From Epiperipatus broadwayi (Eukaryota > Animalia > Onychophora): a DNA stretch of 64,000 nt. Below the pieces are notes generated by a model. It was given only the letters and a program-made list of their open reading frames with translations. It had not been told where the DNA came from and did not search any database. The DNA lies in NCBI GenBank assembly GCA_028023455.1, contig JAQFVV010000010.1:15500001-15564000 (forward strand). Direction: 5' to 3'. The position numbers and the translations under genes are program-made. Of the stretch, positions 14,590-28,640 are shown in pieces. Numbering within the stretch: position 1 is the stretch's first letter; every line of letters starts with the position of its first letter.

Positions 14590-15300
14590 TATCAAATACT
14601 TAAATCTTCTTATTCATGTTTACAGCTCAATATTTCTTTATTACACTAATCTCATGCAAGATAATGACTGTCTATATATATTTTACTAGTTTCTACGATT
14701 TTATCAGTATATCTCAACTCTACCCTAACTATCCACTATTGCAGAAAGTCATACTATTTATTCTGACTACGCATGCATTTTATGAACAATTTTTGTTTTT
14801 CCAGTGAGATCTTGATATCGCATCATTTTTACACAGTATAAAGATTGTTTTTTATCCACATGGAGAATACGTAAGAGTGGTGTGAATAAGATATATTGAT
14901 TTATTAACACAGTAATGGAGATTCTGTTATTTGTATCTCTAATTCTCCTGATAAGTGAAGGATACGAAATGCCTGCATAGTGAGAGAGAGCAATTTGATT
15001 TTCTGCGTAAGTGGAAGGTTGCAATATGGTGGAGTCAAAATGAGATATGTACTGATAAAAACCTAGAAAATATATATTTATAATATATAGATTGTTCACC
15101 TTTTTAAAAAGTGTTAATGGATAGAAATCAGTTCCTACCTTGCATGAAAGAGTATAAAGTATCAAGCTGTTTGCATGGATATGGAGATTCCCGTGTTTGA
15201 TATCTCTAACTCACCTGAAAAGTGAAAGTTGTTGGCAAAATGCTTGCATTATGATAGTGGAGTCTTGACTTTCTGTGCTGGTGTTATGGTTGTGATAGAG
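14590..15300 (+). mobile_element. Decayed non-LTR retrotransposon RNase H / C-terminal fragment
   Basis: ORF 14616-14807 (FTAQYFFI...VYIYFTSF...SQLYPNYPLLQKV) resembles LINE RNase H (FTAELYAI...IYSDS...HPLV); heavily degraded. Confidence 0.45.
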
Positions 15301-15885
15301 TTGTAGTAAGCGATGCACTGATAAAAACAAATACTTTGAAAATAATGTTTTTCTTTATTTCTATTATTAAAATTTAACTTAGAAATTCTGTTTGTTTGTT
15401 TGTTTATTTGATAAAATCTTGTAACTGATTTTTAACATACTTCGTCTTAGATTTTTTTCAAATTTTTGTATATGTGTTCGATATCGATGGCAGTACTGTA
15501 TTTCAGGATTATCCAGTTTAACAAACTGTGTTGATATCAGTTCAGTAAATTTTCAATGATCTGCAGTAGATGGCAGTATATTTTTTAAAAATATGCTTTC
15601 ATTGAATATTATAACTAATTTACTCACAAGCATTTATAGTTAATTAAAATAGAAAGAAAAAGAAATGAATGATGAAATCTTAATTTTTCTTGATTGTTTC
15701 ACTAAAACTTGCTTTTTTAAAAAAAGTTGTCTTCATAAATAAATAAAAATATTGTAAATGGTTTTTAACATGCACAAATTTCATTCAAATTACTTCTCAG
15801 TTTTTAAATTTGAATATCAATAGTTATATAAAGTCTATAGTAAATAAATATAATACTTCTGTTAATACAACTATAAATTACAATA

Positions 15886-16720
15886 TAACAATTCGCCAAT
15901 TGCTAAAACAGAGAATCTTTAATAAATAAAACCACTTTTGCCAAGCACTTTCAACTCCTACGAGTCCTTATCAAGGCAGTATAAAAAAATCCTATTTTTC
16001 TCCTAAGCGATAAATTCAAAGTTTCATTGCATTGGCCAGGAACAACTAATCGGAAAGCTGGTTAATTTTGAATTTATAGCACAAGATGAATTTTGTATAA
16101 GATATGATTCTTTAATCTTGCGTTTTTTTTATTGTGTGTTTCATGCATTAATATTGTAAAATCCTTTGGACTACATATATGGCCTGTACTACTTTGGTGA
16201 ACATAAAAAGCCGAATAAACTGTATCATCTTCTCTTGCTCTATTATACATATATTTATGTTGTTATAGGCGATATTTAATATTTGTCTTGGTTTCCCCAA
16301 CATATATTTTACTACAATTTATTTGTGGATATCTAATAGAATACATCAGACTGTTCTTATCCCCTTTACTCAATACTCCCTTAGAATTATATATTAATCT
16401 ATTAAGGTTAGGCAGAGTCCTCTATGCCAGTCGAAAATCATGACTTAAAACTTTTATTATCTTTTTATTAATATTGGATGGTTTAGTATTCACATTTACA
16501 TTACCATTATTAGAATGTTGTTTATAATGTTTCAATACAATAGATAATAGCCTTTGCTTATTATAACCCACTTGTATCAAATCTTGCATATAACAATTAA
16601 TATTATCTTTCTTAAACATTTTATTTGAACACAGTCGTTGATTACTTGTTAAAAAAGCTCTAAAACCAGCCAATTAGTTATCAATGACATTCAATGTCTA
16701 TGTGTATTGGTAGTGAAAAT
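15886..16720 (-). mobile_element. 5'-truncated Penelope-like element (RT C-terminus, GIY-YIG endonuclease, 3' hammerhead)
   Basis: A mostly continuous frame: ORF 16422-16673 (QRLCSNKMFKKD...DLIQVGY), TAG, then RTLPNL...LMYSIRYPQINCSKIYVGETKTNIKYRL*QH...SAFYVHQSSTGHICSPKDFTILMHE (frameshift) RKIKESYLIQ..AIN. This is the standard PLE GIY-YIG pattern; followed by an HHR and ATTAAA. Confidence 0.9.
15939..15978 (-). ncRNA. Minimal type-I hammerhead ribozyme motif, U3-A8 core variant (family 3)
   Basis: Minus strand: UGCC UUGAUAA G GACUC-GUAG-GAGUU GAAA GUGC UU/GGCA. Helix I UGCC/GGCA, 5-bp helix II, helix III AGUGCU (AGCGCU palindrome with CpG decay); predicted cleavage between 15943 and 15942. 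Confidence 0.75.
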
Positions 16721-17079
16721 ACTAAGATAAAAATTGTCATTTTTTAAACATATTGTGAATGTTATTGTTGAGACTTACCATATATGAGATGAAATTATAA
16801 AAGTTGTGCAAATATATTTATAAGAAGTAGAAAACATTGGATAGCTTTTGTACACAAAAGTAATACAGTAAGTATATTATTTTAAGAATATAAGAGAATT
16901 TTTAAAAATAAAAATTTTGTTGATTACATTATACTGTGGTTAGATATTTAGATACTTATGCTGTTTAGCAATTGTTTTTTAAAAGATTGGGAAAAGAATG
17001 CGAAAATAGCTATGCAATGATAATAAATTGGAATGTGGTGCTAAAACAGGAAAAGGAGGTAAAGTTTTGAAGATTGTGC

Positions 17080-19200
17080 ATTAAGGATAAGAAATAAAAT
17101 GAAAGGTTAATAGTTTTAGTTGATAATATTGCTTAATTAAAAAATTACAAAAGAATTTACACTTGGAAAATTTCAGCAATAGGAATAGACTTTATGTGTA
17201 TTATGTATTAATCCAAAATATTTTGAACTGATGTAAAAACTGAATATAACTTTTAGGAGATTAGTAACAAAACTGAGATGGAAATGGGGTGTTGGTAAAT
17301 TGAAGAGAGTCACTAGAGAAAATATTTCAAATTTATTGGGTTGGAAAATAATTATAAATTATTGAATACTATATGGTAGATGAATTTAGATGGGAGTTAT
17401 TTGAAGAAAATTTTAAAAATGCATTGTAAATTATTAAACAAATTAAGGAGTAAAAAAAAAAAAAAAAATGGTAAAGTGAGGGTGAAAAATATAAATACTG
17501 AAGAAGGAAGAAATATGTTTAGAGATGGTAAAATGAATTGAGAATAAATAGATGAAAAACATTAAATGAGGAATATAGAAAAATAAAGAAAATGTAGGGT
17601 TTTTTTTTAAAAAAATTTTTTTTATTAGAATAAAATAATTGAATTGAAAACACGATGTTGAAAAATGAAGCAAAAAATGATAAGTTATTGATAGATAAAA
17701 TATATATATATTGAAAAAAATGAGAAGATTTTGATATGTGTGTTAGTGATAAGATAGCCTTGTATGCCAATCAAAATAAAAATTGGATAGCTAAGGTCAA
17801 AATTGGTTGAGCAATAGTGAAGAGAGGAGACTTGTAGTATTATGATTTATGCATCCACCTGTCAGGCCCATAACTTCAAATGCACCTCTGGACTGAGTGG
17901 AATTTGGAAATTTTTTTACTGACTAGCACACTTAAAATTTTTTTTAAAAAAATAACTGGACATAATTTCAGCTAGCCCTTCATTTATTAGTTGATAAAAG
18001 AGTATCTAACTAATATTAGATAGAGACTAATAAATATTTCTTGTGATTGGGATTAATGTGTCAACTATAAAAATAAAAAAATATGATTGTAATATAATAC
18101 ACTCTTCATCACAGGTGTAGGACATCTCATACTTCTATGATTATTTGCCTCTTATTTATTTTTGATTGTGAAGAGATTGTAAAAGCTATGGAATCTAGCA
18201 AAGTTCATCATGAAATGATGTTTCATTAGACATACTGAAAGCTATAACGAAAAAGAACCTGAGAATTAATTTGTATTTTTAATGTTTAACTTAGCTGAAT
18301 AGCTAATATATTTTTTTTTTTAAAATTCTATTATAATAAATATAGTTGAAATAAGAGAAATTTAGAATAGTTATATTTATCTTAAAGAAATGCAATCGCT
18401 GTTGAACACCATTATTGAGAGATACTGAAAGAGAGTATTTGTTTTATTGATCCTGAATAGGTATTTGATGAATAAATTGATTAATTTTATTGGTCACCTG
18501 AGAATGAAGATTATAAATTGAAAGAAGAGATGACTATTAGGAAATGTGTATATAATATAAAAGATTTTTGTTAAGTAACAGGTTTTTAATGAAGAAATAA
18601 TATAAGAAGGGGTTAAAAATGAGAATGTTTTCTATTTGTTAATTTGTTTAATATGAGTTGCTATATAAATGTTATTTAATATTAAGGAAGAGGGAGTTCA
18701 TTGTATTATTCCATCAATCTTGCATAAGTTGGGCAAAAAGTTATAAAAATAGATTAATGTTTTTAATTACTTTGTAAGATAGTTAATTGATGACATAGCA
18801 GTAAATTACTATGTTTAAATAAGCTTTTAACAAGGATAGAAGATTGCTCTTCATAAATCAATGAGATTTGATTTAAGAAAGAATTTATTAAACATTGTTA
18901 AAATAAAAATGGAAACTTAAATGGTAAAAAAAAATAGGGAGAAAAGATTGGAAGCTTTTAGAGGTATGGTTATGGGAAGAAAAAAGAAGAGGAACCAAAT
19001 GTAGAAAGATTGGAAAGAGTAATTGAAGTACAGTATATACGAATTAAGAAAATTGAAAAATAGATTGTTTGGAATATTTACTTAGAAAAATTATTGGAGT
19101 TCAGAGTAGGAAAATAAAGAAAAATAAACTTAAGGCAGTAAGTAGTTATTTAAATAATTGAAAAGTAGAGCGTAGAGCAAGGTCAGGAGAAATTCAGCAA
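17080..19200 (+). mobile_element. Highly decayed RTE-like LINE
   Basis: APE-end motifs NER..YKRIYTWK and RNRL..VLI; RT motifs CFIDPE*VFD (~18440) and LIDDIAV (~18785); interrupted near 17860-18140. Confidence 0.55.
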
Positions 19201-20421
19201 ATGATATGAACATTATCAGCTTGGCTAAAAAAAATATTTTTTTCCATTTTAATTGACTCTTGAAAATTTGAGACTTGTGGGTGTTGTTTTATTGAATAAA
19301 TATTCAGTTGAGAAATAAGTGATAATAAAGATATTCCAGTTAAACGTTAAGCTTGTAATAAACTATATATATCAACAGTGTATGGACTACAACATGTTTA
19401 TTATAAAATAATTGGATAAAAAATTAGTAAGGTACAATAATTTACAGTGCTATTTTAATTCTTATTGATCAGAATATTTAATTTTTTTCAGGACAATTGT
19501 ATTTTTATTAATTGTTGTAAATTGATTTATCTACTAGACTTTTAAATTAGAACAAATGAGTATTTTTCTTCTAATTCAGCCCAAAACAAAACATTATTTT
19601 ATAGTATAAATTCAGATTTTCCAAAACAAATTTTTGATTTGTTGATTATAATTGGTTAGTATGTATACACATAACTATGGTTATTATTTTAAAAATGTAA
19701 AGAATTTAATAAATATAGTTTTACTTCTCACTATTATGTAAAATTCAATTAACATCTCATCCAGTTTATAATTTTATCCTGAGTCATGTTTTTTTTTCAA
19801 GTTGTCTGGAATAGTTTTCACACTTTTCTTGTGGTCCATCTACAATTTTAATTATGACAATTTGATAAAATATAATCTTACAATATATATTTTAAACTTT
19901 GTTGTTTTATAGTTTATGATATGATTAATTTTTTAATATTTGATAAATTATTATTTAATTTATAATTAAATTGAAATTATTAAAATATGTATTTTTTTTT
20001 CATTGCTCATAAAAATAAAGTGGCTGTTTTCTTTGTTTAGTATGATTTGTTGCTTAAGGATAACCCCAAACACCAAGGTTGATAATGGATAATTGTACTT
20101 TTTCAGTGGCTTAGTCCCGAAACTCTAACGAATGTTTCATTTGTTAATATTTTAAAATATCAGTAAATTCATTATAAATTCCTGCTAACTTTAAAAATGC
20201 AATAAAAATATTATAAAATTCCATTCACAGAAATAACTCAAAACTACAACAATAAATTTTAAATAAAATAAATTCAATAATTCAAGCTACAGGAATTTTT
20301 TTTAAAAAACAAAAAGTGATTAGCATGGGTTATTTCTGTTGGCGTCTAGTGTTTAGATATATATAATCTTTCAAACATACGACAAAACACACAGTTTTAA
20401 AAAAAATTTAAGAAGTCTTTT

Positions 20422-20747
20422 CTATATTATAATGTGTATTTTATTATATATAAAGTTTTAATTTTTATATATTTTGATTCAAAATATTATTATTTGTGAT
20501 TTAACTAATGATCATTTTATATCATTGGTATAATCTCCAAAATTCACTTAGTGTACTGATTATAATTCCATTTGCATAAATTTAACTGACATAATCTCAG
20601 TACATTAAGTGAATTTCAGAGGTTATACCAGTGATATAAAATGATTATTAGTTAAATCACAAATATATTGAATTAAATAATAATATTTTGAATTAAAATA
20701 TATAAAATGAAAGCTTTATACATAATAAAATACACATTATAATATAG
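20422..20747. repeat. AT-rich fold-back (arms ~140-155 bp, ~30-nt spacer)
   Basis: 20422-20562 is the reverse complement of 20592-20747 apart from a short duplication and scattered mismatches. Confidence 0.9.
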
Positions 20748-23269
20748 CAAACACTTGCTAAAATTTTTTTACAACTTATGTGTGGTTTATTGATATGTTT
20801 GAGAGAAAGATTATAAATATGCTAAACACTAGTCACTTTTATATAGCTTGAATTAGTAAATTTATTTTATTTAAAATTTATTGTCATAGTTTTGTGATAT
20901 TGCTGTGAATGGAATTTTCAAAACATTTATTAGGGTTACGGGACAACCATGCCGTTGAAAATGTATAATTATCCGTAATCAACTTTAATGTCCAGAATTA
21001 TCCTTAAGCATCTGTGATTTTTATTAGAAACAAGTGTATATTATATTTTGTGACTAAACTAGGATGGAAAAATTATTTAAAACTGTTTTAACTAATTATT
21101 TAATCTTTTATTTTCTATTTTTTTTATTTTCAGTTTGATAAATTAAAAAACACTATGCAGGCATTTACATTTTAACATGTTTTTTTAAATAAAGATAGCT
21201 GATTACTCTTTGGCTCATCAAGATTTCATTTAAGAAAGAACTTATTGTTTGATTGAAGCATAACTTTACATAGAATAGAGGTTTGAATGATTAGGAAAAG
21301 AATGTTGCAGTAGAAGTTGTTTAAGTTTTGTAAAAGAAAGAAAACTGAATTGTTACAAAAATACATTTAGGAACAAAATTTAGAAATAATTTACAGTATA
21401 TTTGAAGATTTCTCAATGTTGAATTAACAAAGAACAAATGATATTAATATGTCTATTTTTTATTTAAAAGTATTATATATATATTGAAATGAAATTTAAA
21501 AACTTAATTAATAGTAAAATTATAAACTGCTAATAGAAAGTACATGTTTTTTGAAAATTAGTATAGTCACACTTTGAAATCAAAGAAAACTATTAGTCTT
21601 TATAAATGAAACTTCATTGAGTTTGCAATTAAAAATGAGGTTAAACTTTGGACCATGTAGTTTTTATTTGGAATGCAGTTACATTTTTGGTAATGCAATA
21701 CTTAGCTCCCTACCTTTCTAGATTAATAATGTTGATATTAAGAGAACAAGTATATTCAAAAACACACGTTTTAAATCTTCTATACCTCACATTATAAAGC
21801 TTCCACATTTTTAATTACTCTTATATTGTTGAAAATTTAAATAAATACATGCTTTTAGATTTTTCTCCTCACACTTTATATTACATGTCAATATTAAATA
21901 GTAACATTATTGTAAATTAACTATATCTTGACTGAATATCTACAATATATTCTAATTATTAAACATATTTATATTACTACATCATAATAATATAATAAAA
22001 ATGACAAAATTTAATGTTTATTATCATATATTTTCAAATAATGTTTTGTGAAATCAATTACAGTATATGTTTTAAAAAGTAATTAAAAGTTTATATTTGC
22101 CATTTTCTGGGGGGGGGGGGGTGCTAAATATAAAATAAGTAGAGCGCAGTTGGATTAAAGAGGAATAAAAACATGGCACATTAATTAAGTTCAGTAATTT
22201 TTTTTATGTGTGTATATTCAAGAAATAAATAGTTACTTAAATAAGACATTTCTCAAGTTTGTAAAAATATGAAGTACCTCACAGTTTTAGTATTTTACCT
22301 TTTGATAGTAGTTGAATTTTTGGTAACTTGAATAGTAGCATTAATTTTTATGTTCAGTTTAGTATATTTATTCTATTTAGTATATTTAATTTGCATTCCT
22401 TTCTGCATATATTTTCTATCAACTTTAAAAATCTCTTTATTTAAAGATTTTCCTGTGAAGTTAGAAATAATTATTTGAGACCTGTAAGTGACCATATTTC
22501 ATACTATATAATGCAAGATTAAGTTTGTCCTTACTCTCTTCCTTATGAATTAGTCCATTTAACATTGTAATAGAATTTATTTATTTTGGTACCTTTTCCA
22601 TCTAAGAATTATTCGGAGGAAGTCCACATTTATTTATTTTTGTTAATAGTTTCATATTTAAATTCAAAGACCCAAATGATTGTTTTTCATTAATCTGAAA
22701 GCTTTTCTAAGTGCTACAAATCCTATAAATTAAGAGTGGTGAATTTGAAAGCAAATGTTTCTAAAAAGGACTTCAATTGAAATAAAGAGAGAGTGTATCT
22801 CAGTTTGATCATTGTATCACTTTAATCTTCTAAGCAAGTGATTGGTAGTAATGATGTGTTTGTACATGTATATATGTGTGTACGTAAATTTTCATTTTTT
22901 ATATTTTCTTGTCTGTCAAAGTGGAGTTGCTGACTTATATATGTAAATCAATTTTTTTATTAGTCACTATTTAAATTTTATATTGGTTAGTATGCTAAAT
23001 GCTTATTAATTTATAAAATGAAAAGTGAAAAAAAAAAAAAGATTCAATGAGGCACACTTTATTTTTATATATATTCAAGCTATTTGGGAATATATAATTA
23101 TATGCACTAAGTTGAAAGTTATATATTTGTATGGTTATATAAATAAAAAAAAGTTTACGACTAAATAAAAATATTGATACAAAAAAATAGAATGAAATTT
23201 ATTAAAACCTTCATTTGGAGTAATGACATAAGGTTGTGGTCTTGGAAAAACAAGAAAGAAAAAGATTGT

Positions 23270-23480
23270 AAGAAATAGAATTGCAATTTTAGAAAAGATA
23301 AATTAGAACAAGTTCAATGGAAAAGAAGACTAATGATCGAATATTAATAGAACTTTGAATAAAAAGAGGATTATTGAATGTGATAAAAATGAGAAAGATT
23401 CACTATTTGGGTCATATTTTAAGACATGTAGGTTTATACAAAATATTTTGGAAGACTGAGAGATAGACAAAGAATATTTT
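23270..23480 (+). mobile_element. RTE-type LINE 3' fragment
   Basis: KTNDRIL..L.IKRGLLNVIKMRKIHYLGHILRH matches the RTE C-terminal pattern (TNEEVL...LL..IK.RKL.Y.GHI.R). Confidence 0.6.
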
Positions 23481-23916
23481 TATTTTAAAAATGTGATCAA
23501 TGAAATTGAATGTTTTTCATATACATATATAAAACACATTGCTAAAGATACAACAAGGCATTGGTTTTAGAAGCTGGTGATCAAAATTGAAAAAAGGTAG
23601 GAAAATGTAAAGAAAAAAATTTCCCATTGAGAAAAGTTAAAATGTATAACAGCTATTATGAATTTAGAATTGTTCTTTTATTCAGTATTTTCCAAATTAA
23701 TTTTGTTATTAGAAACTTTGCTTATTCAAATTTTTCATGTATATATTATTGTTTTACATTATACTGTATTTATTCATATATCTAGTAAGTTTATTCTTAA
23801 TGTATTAATAGTGATTGGACTTTCATTGTCATATATGTATACTATGTATAATACATACTCTTTTCGTATAAAATAAAATTATGTAATTTGTTCTCTTTTT
23901 TCTTTTTTTTAAATAG

Positions 23917-23940
23917 AACCATGGAGATAATTCCTGGTAG
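23917..23940 (+). CDS. PPM1A/PPM1B: Probable terminal coding exon of the PPM1A/B-like gene (NHGDNSW*)
   Basis: Long polypyrimidine tract plus aaatag acceptor; in phase 0 after ...TDS it reads AAC CAT GGA GAT AAT TCC TGG TAG. The C-terminal Trp resembles PPM1A (...DDMW) and the short PPM1B isoform (...DLEDPW). Followed by T/A-tract-rich, 3'UTR-like sequence. Confidence 0.55.
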   Translation, partial: NHGDNSW

Positions 23941-26900
23941 TCAAAAACAATATCTGCAGTGGTGTTAAATGGAATTAGAGCCCATGGCTGAAGAACCCAT
24001 GCTTCGTCTTTAGTTTCCATTGATCAGTTTCATCTCCCAGCACAACTGAATCAATAAGAGAGTTGCGATTTGCTCAGAAATATATATATATATGTAATAT
24101 ATGATATCAAATTGGGACCTTAAAAGGAAAAAAAAATAAAAGAAATATGCTATGAACAGTATTTGTCCCAGTCATTGTTCTGAGCATAGGACAATGTGAA
24201 TGTTACTTAGACAATTTTTGGCGGCTGCTAATTTCCCTTTTTCATGTTCAGTTAAATATTCAGTGTTAATAATTAAAATATATATATTAAAATTAACCAT
24301 CTCATTTTTTTCCCTTCCCACTTTTTTTTTTCATTTTTTAAAAAAAAAAACAAAAAAAAATGAGATTTGGGTGCTATAAATTTATCTTCTCTCTCCTTTT
24401 TTTTTTTTAATGTGTGAGCACCAGATCCTAACAATTTTGGAACAGAGTTTAAAATAAGTATATAAAAAGTCCAGTTTTTCAAATAAATGTGAAATGGTAA
24501 AAAAAGAAATGAGAATCAATAATGTGGGTACTATATATTTTTTTTTATTTAAAAGATTATTAATGATGTATTTTTCACAGCCAGAAAAATAAACTGCAGT
24601 GACATGACATCTATAATTTGTTTTTGCAGGAAGAGCTCCTCTCCAAGTCCCGCAGTTTAGAAAATTTTTAGTTGTAGATTTGTGTGTTACAACAAATTGC
24701 AAATATTGGCACAAACTGTAGAGTATTATAGAAGAGTTAATTCCCCCCCCCCCCCATGATTTTATTATTATCTGTAGTCTCCAATGTGCTGTGTTTATTA
24801 TCATCACTGTATATTACTTGTGAAAAAGGGGGAAAATTGCAGCCTGGCTTTTAAAATAAAAAACTTAATATTTTGAAAAATTGATTTTAAACATTTGAGA
24901 CTTGGATACCATGCAAAGACAACATCCATATCATTTATAAGTTCTTTATTTAAAGGAATGACAAAAATTATTTCCCCTTTATTATACAATGCACATTGTT
25001 GCTGCATAAAATATTTTCTGTCAGCTTCTTTATTTTTCTTAATTTCTTTTAATTATTTATTTTATTTATTTCATGTTATTTTTGTGGGCAGGTCCCTGTT
25101 CATAAAAATTCCCTCAATTGTGAATTCCAAAATAAAACCATTGTCCAGTTTCATATTTTAAAGTGATACCAGAAATTACAGAATGAATTGATTCCAGTTT
25201 ATTAATAATGGGGCCTTCCTGCAACCCACCTAAATAACAACACCTATTTATATGAAAATAAATAAGTTGTATTTCATCATTCAAGATTTACATCTCCCAC
25301 CAAAAAAAATCAAGAAAGATTAATCAATTCTTTTAACTTTTTTTTTTTTTAAATAAAAATGATCCCTTTCTTTGTTTGCTATTTTTCTTATTCTTTTTTT
25401 AAATATATATATATATATCCGCTGTAAAAGAAGTGTCAAAAATATGCTAGAAATCTTCAAATAGCAATAGAGTATTAGGAAATATGTAATGGATTAAGTT
25501 GAAAATTTTGTGATATATTCCTAAGGACTTTTAATGCAATTTTGAAATAAGTTTCTAGTACTTGTTAATAAAATAATAGTAATACAATGAAAAAAATTTT
25601 GAGGCAATCTTATTTACTGTATAAAATTTAAATATTTATGAGAATATATAATATTTTCATTTAACAATCAGTTTTTTACTTAATATGATTTTTTTTTAGC
25701 ACATGTTTGACATTTCTATGATTTTCTAATTCACTTCTGTTGAAAAGAAATATGAAGATTTTTTTTTTTTTTTTTGCAACTATCTGTTAAGTATACAAGA
25801 CTTTATTTTTTAAAAAAAAAAATATTTCAGAGTTACAAAAAAAAAAGTTATTCGCTTCAGAACATCCCTTTGTGCTGATGTCCATTTCATAACCAAGTAG
25901 ACAATAATTTGAATGAATATTCTGAAAGAGAAATATCCTATTTGCCAATGTTATATAACTTTGTTGTAAAGCAGTTAGCATAAAAATTCAGTGTATGGTT
26001 TGTTTGTTTTTAAGTTTTTAATTTGTTTTTTTTTTTTTAAAAAAAAAAAAAAAGAAACAAAACAAAAAACAATTGTCTGAAGTTAGTGTACACTTTTATT
26101 TCTTATTACATTACCAAAACAGAATAATTGCTGGAAACAAGTGTTTATAAATAACTGCTACTCTGGATTCTGAAAGTAATAAAGAGTATTAATTTTTAAA
26201 AAATTACACCAAAGATTTCATCAGAGAATTTATATTAAGTTTTGTATTTTTACTATATATATATATGTATACAATTTACACGAGTTATACTTCATGTGTT
26301 TTAAAAATCAATACTTTAGTGAAACAATATATTTTTCAGCATATCTTAAACATGATTCACGTATGATTCATTATTTCCAATCATTTTGGATTAATGAAAG
26401 GTTTTATTTGGTGTAATGGTTCCATGATTTAGTGTTCAAATATAATTGTAGCTTGGAAAATTTTTCAGGTAATTGAGAAATTCTTGGGCAAATTCAGTAA
26501 GCTGATTGACAGTTAACTCTTATATTATTTGGTAAATGGATATTTAGCTATTGTAAACCAGAGGGTAACCATTCCAGAAAATCTGGATTGGTTAGCTAGT
26601 GTATATGCACTGACTAAAAGAAATTGATTACACTATGATATAGATGGCACTATCAATAACATGGATGCCTTGCACTTATAGGCACTCTAGATTGAATTAG
26701 TATAGCGATAATAAAAATTTCTTTATGATTGTCAGTCTTTCAAAGATAATCATTTTATTTTATGAAATGAATTCTTCATTTATCTGTATAACTGGTGAGC
26801 ACTTGTTAAAACTTGCTTAAAATACAATAAATTATTACTAATTTTAAAATGCAGTAGACTTAATTTATAATTAGTTGGCTGAGAAACATTGGAATGAGTT

Positions 26901-27000
26901 TATACAATGTTGAGAAATTATGCTGAAGAAATATCCATATCAACAAAAGTACGACTCGCAGGCTATTATGTGATCATGACCTATAGATAAACTAAAAATT

Positions 27001-27103
27001 GTCAAGCGTTGGTGGTCGAGTGGTCAGCACAACTGCTTTACAAGCAATTGTCCCGGGTTCGCTTCCCGGCTGATGTTATGACACATGAGAAGAAAAAAAA
27101 AAT
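27001..27103 (+). mobile_element. tRNA-derived SINE, copy 2, with A-rich tail
   Basis: A-box TGGTCGAGTGG, B-box GGTTCGCTTCC, poly(A) end. Confidence 0.8.
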
Positions 27104-28581
27104 AGTAATTAAATATAAAATCCATAGAGATATTGTTAATGATATTATACATATGAAATGATATTTTGAAATACTCTATATATTTACATTGACATCTGTT
27201 GGACAGCAATTAAATGCAGAGAATAATACTAATATAGAGCTCTGAGGATTTTTTCAAATAGTCATTGTAAGTAATTGCTTTTAAAGAACAGTGGAGTATG
27301 GATTACTTCCGTAAGAATATCAAAAAAATATTGCAGTAATTGAAAGAATACAACATTCTGACATTATCAAATTGAAGTATTCAAATAATTATTCATATTG
27401 GCTAGAAACTTGTTTTCAGATAAAGTGGAGACTTTGAAATACAGCTTATCATCACAACAGTCAATATTTTAAAGAAATTAAAGATAAAAATAAAGCTACT
27501 GTAGTATTTATTTAGTTTGAGAATAAGTTTTAATTTTTAAATGTTAAAATATAATAGGCCTAGTTTAAATTTATCTCTTTATTTGTATTTTATATTTTCC
27601 ATTTTAATTTTGAAGGATTGAACGTGTTTTAATTAAAATGGTAAAAATCTATAGTTTTATTAATTTGGCATTGCTATTAAGAGGATAAATAACTTATTTA
27701 CATTTTAAGAAGTTTAAGATTTCTGCATTGGAAGAATTTTGAGTTTTTACCTGAATTTTCATTACATATATAAAATGTTTGTATTATTTATTTTTTGCAA
27801 TATAAACCATATAGTTTGTAAATTTCATTATGCAAAAATTAAGCACATCTATGGTTCCATAAGTATGTATGTATTACTAATTCAAAAATAACATCTTTAT
27901 AGGAATAATAATTTTACCATCATTATATTATTTTTACCCTTACTCTTTAGACTAACTTTTTATTACTTTTTAAAAAGAATTAAAGCCATCTATTTTCAAA
28001 ATCTAATATTTTTTCTTTTTAGTAAAAAAATTTTTTTCCCCTACTTCTAAATAATGAAATACTTAAATTTTTTAATGTATTTTTTTAATACTTGTTCACT
28101 CTTTTTTTGTTATTATGTTTTCAAATTTTTTATCTACCTTATAACGACAAACTTATTTTTCCCCAAAATCCAATCACACAACCAATTCTAATGTTAAAAG
28201 TAAGTTTAATTTTCCATATATTATCTTCACTTAACTTATTCATAGTATTTTAATTCATTAAATGCCTAACTAATTCATTGATCATTTTTTAAAATTATTA
28301 TATATGTTGTCAGTTAACAGAGAAATGAAATGGGGAAGACCCAAAAACAATGAAAGAAATGAATAAAATGGATTATGCATTTAAGAATCACAAAAAAAAA
28401 TTAGGTATAAATAATGATAAAAATATATAAACTGCTAAACATCACATGATCACCATTTCTTACTTTCTCAAGCTGTTAAAACAGGCAAAACTCTCCATAT
28501 AGTAGTGCCACTCAGTGCAAGCCAGAGTAATCAATGGATGCCAGAAGGCTTGTGCATAAAATCCCTATCTAGTGCCTACTC

Positions 28582-28640
28582 ATCCAATATTCCCAGACTA
28601 GTTTCTAGCTTGTGACTTTCGTCAGTGAAGAGCTTTGGAT
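28582..28640 (-). ncRNA. Type-I hammerhead motif, family 1 (left arm)
   Basis: AUCCAA AGC UCUUCA CUGACGA A AGU-CACAA-GCU A GAAA CUAGUC/UGGGA AUA UUGGAU. Helix III is the perfect palindrome ACUAGU; distal helix I AUCCAA/UUGGAU; predicted GUC cleavage between 28596 and 28595. Confidence 0.8.

Noticed and set aside
432-24756. Poly-G/poly-C runs (about 432, 5830, 22110, 24745) as regulatory G-quadruplexes
   Set aside because: Single homopolymer runs with no other supporting context.
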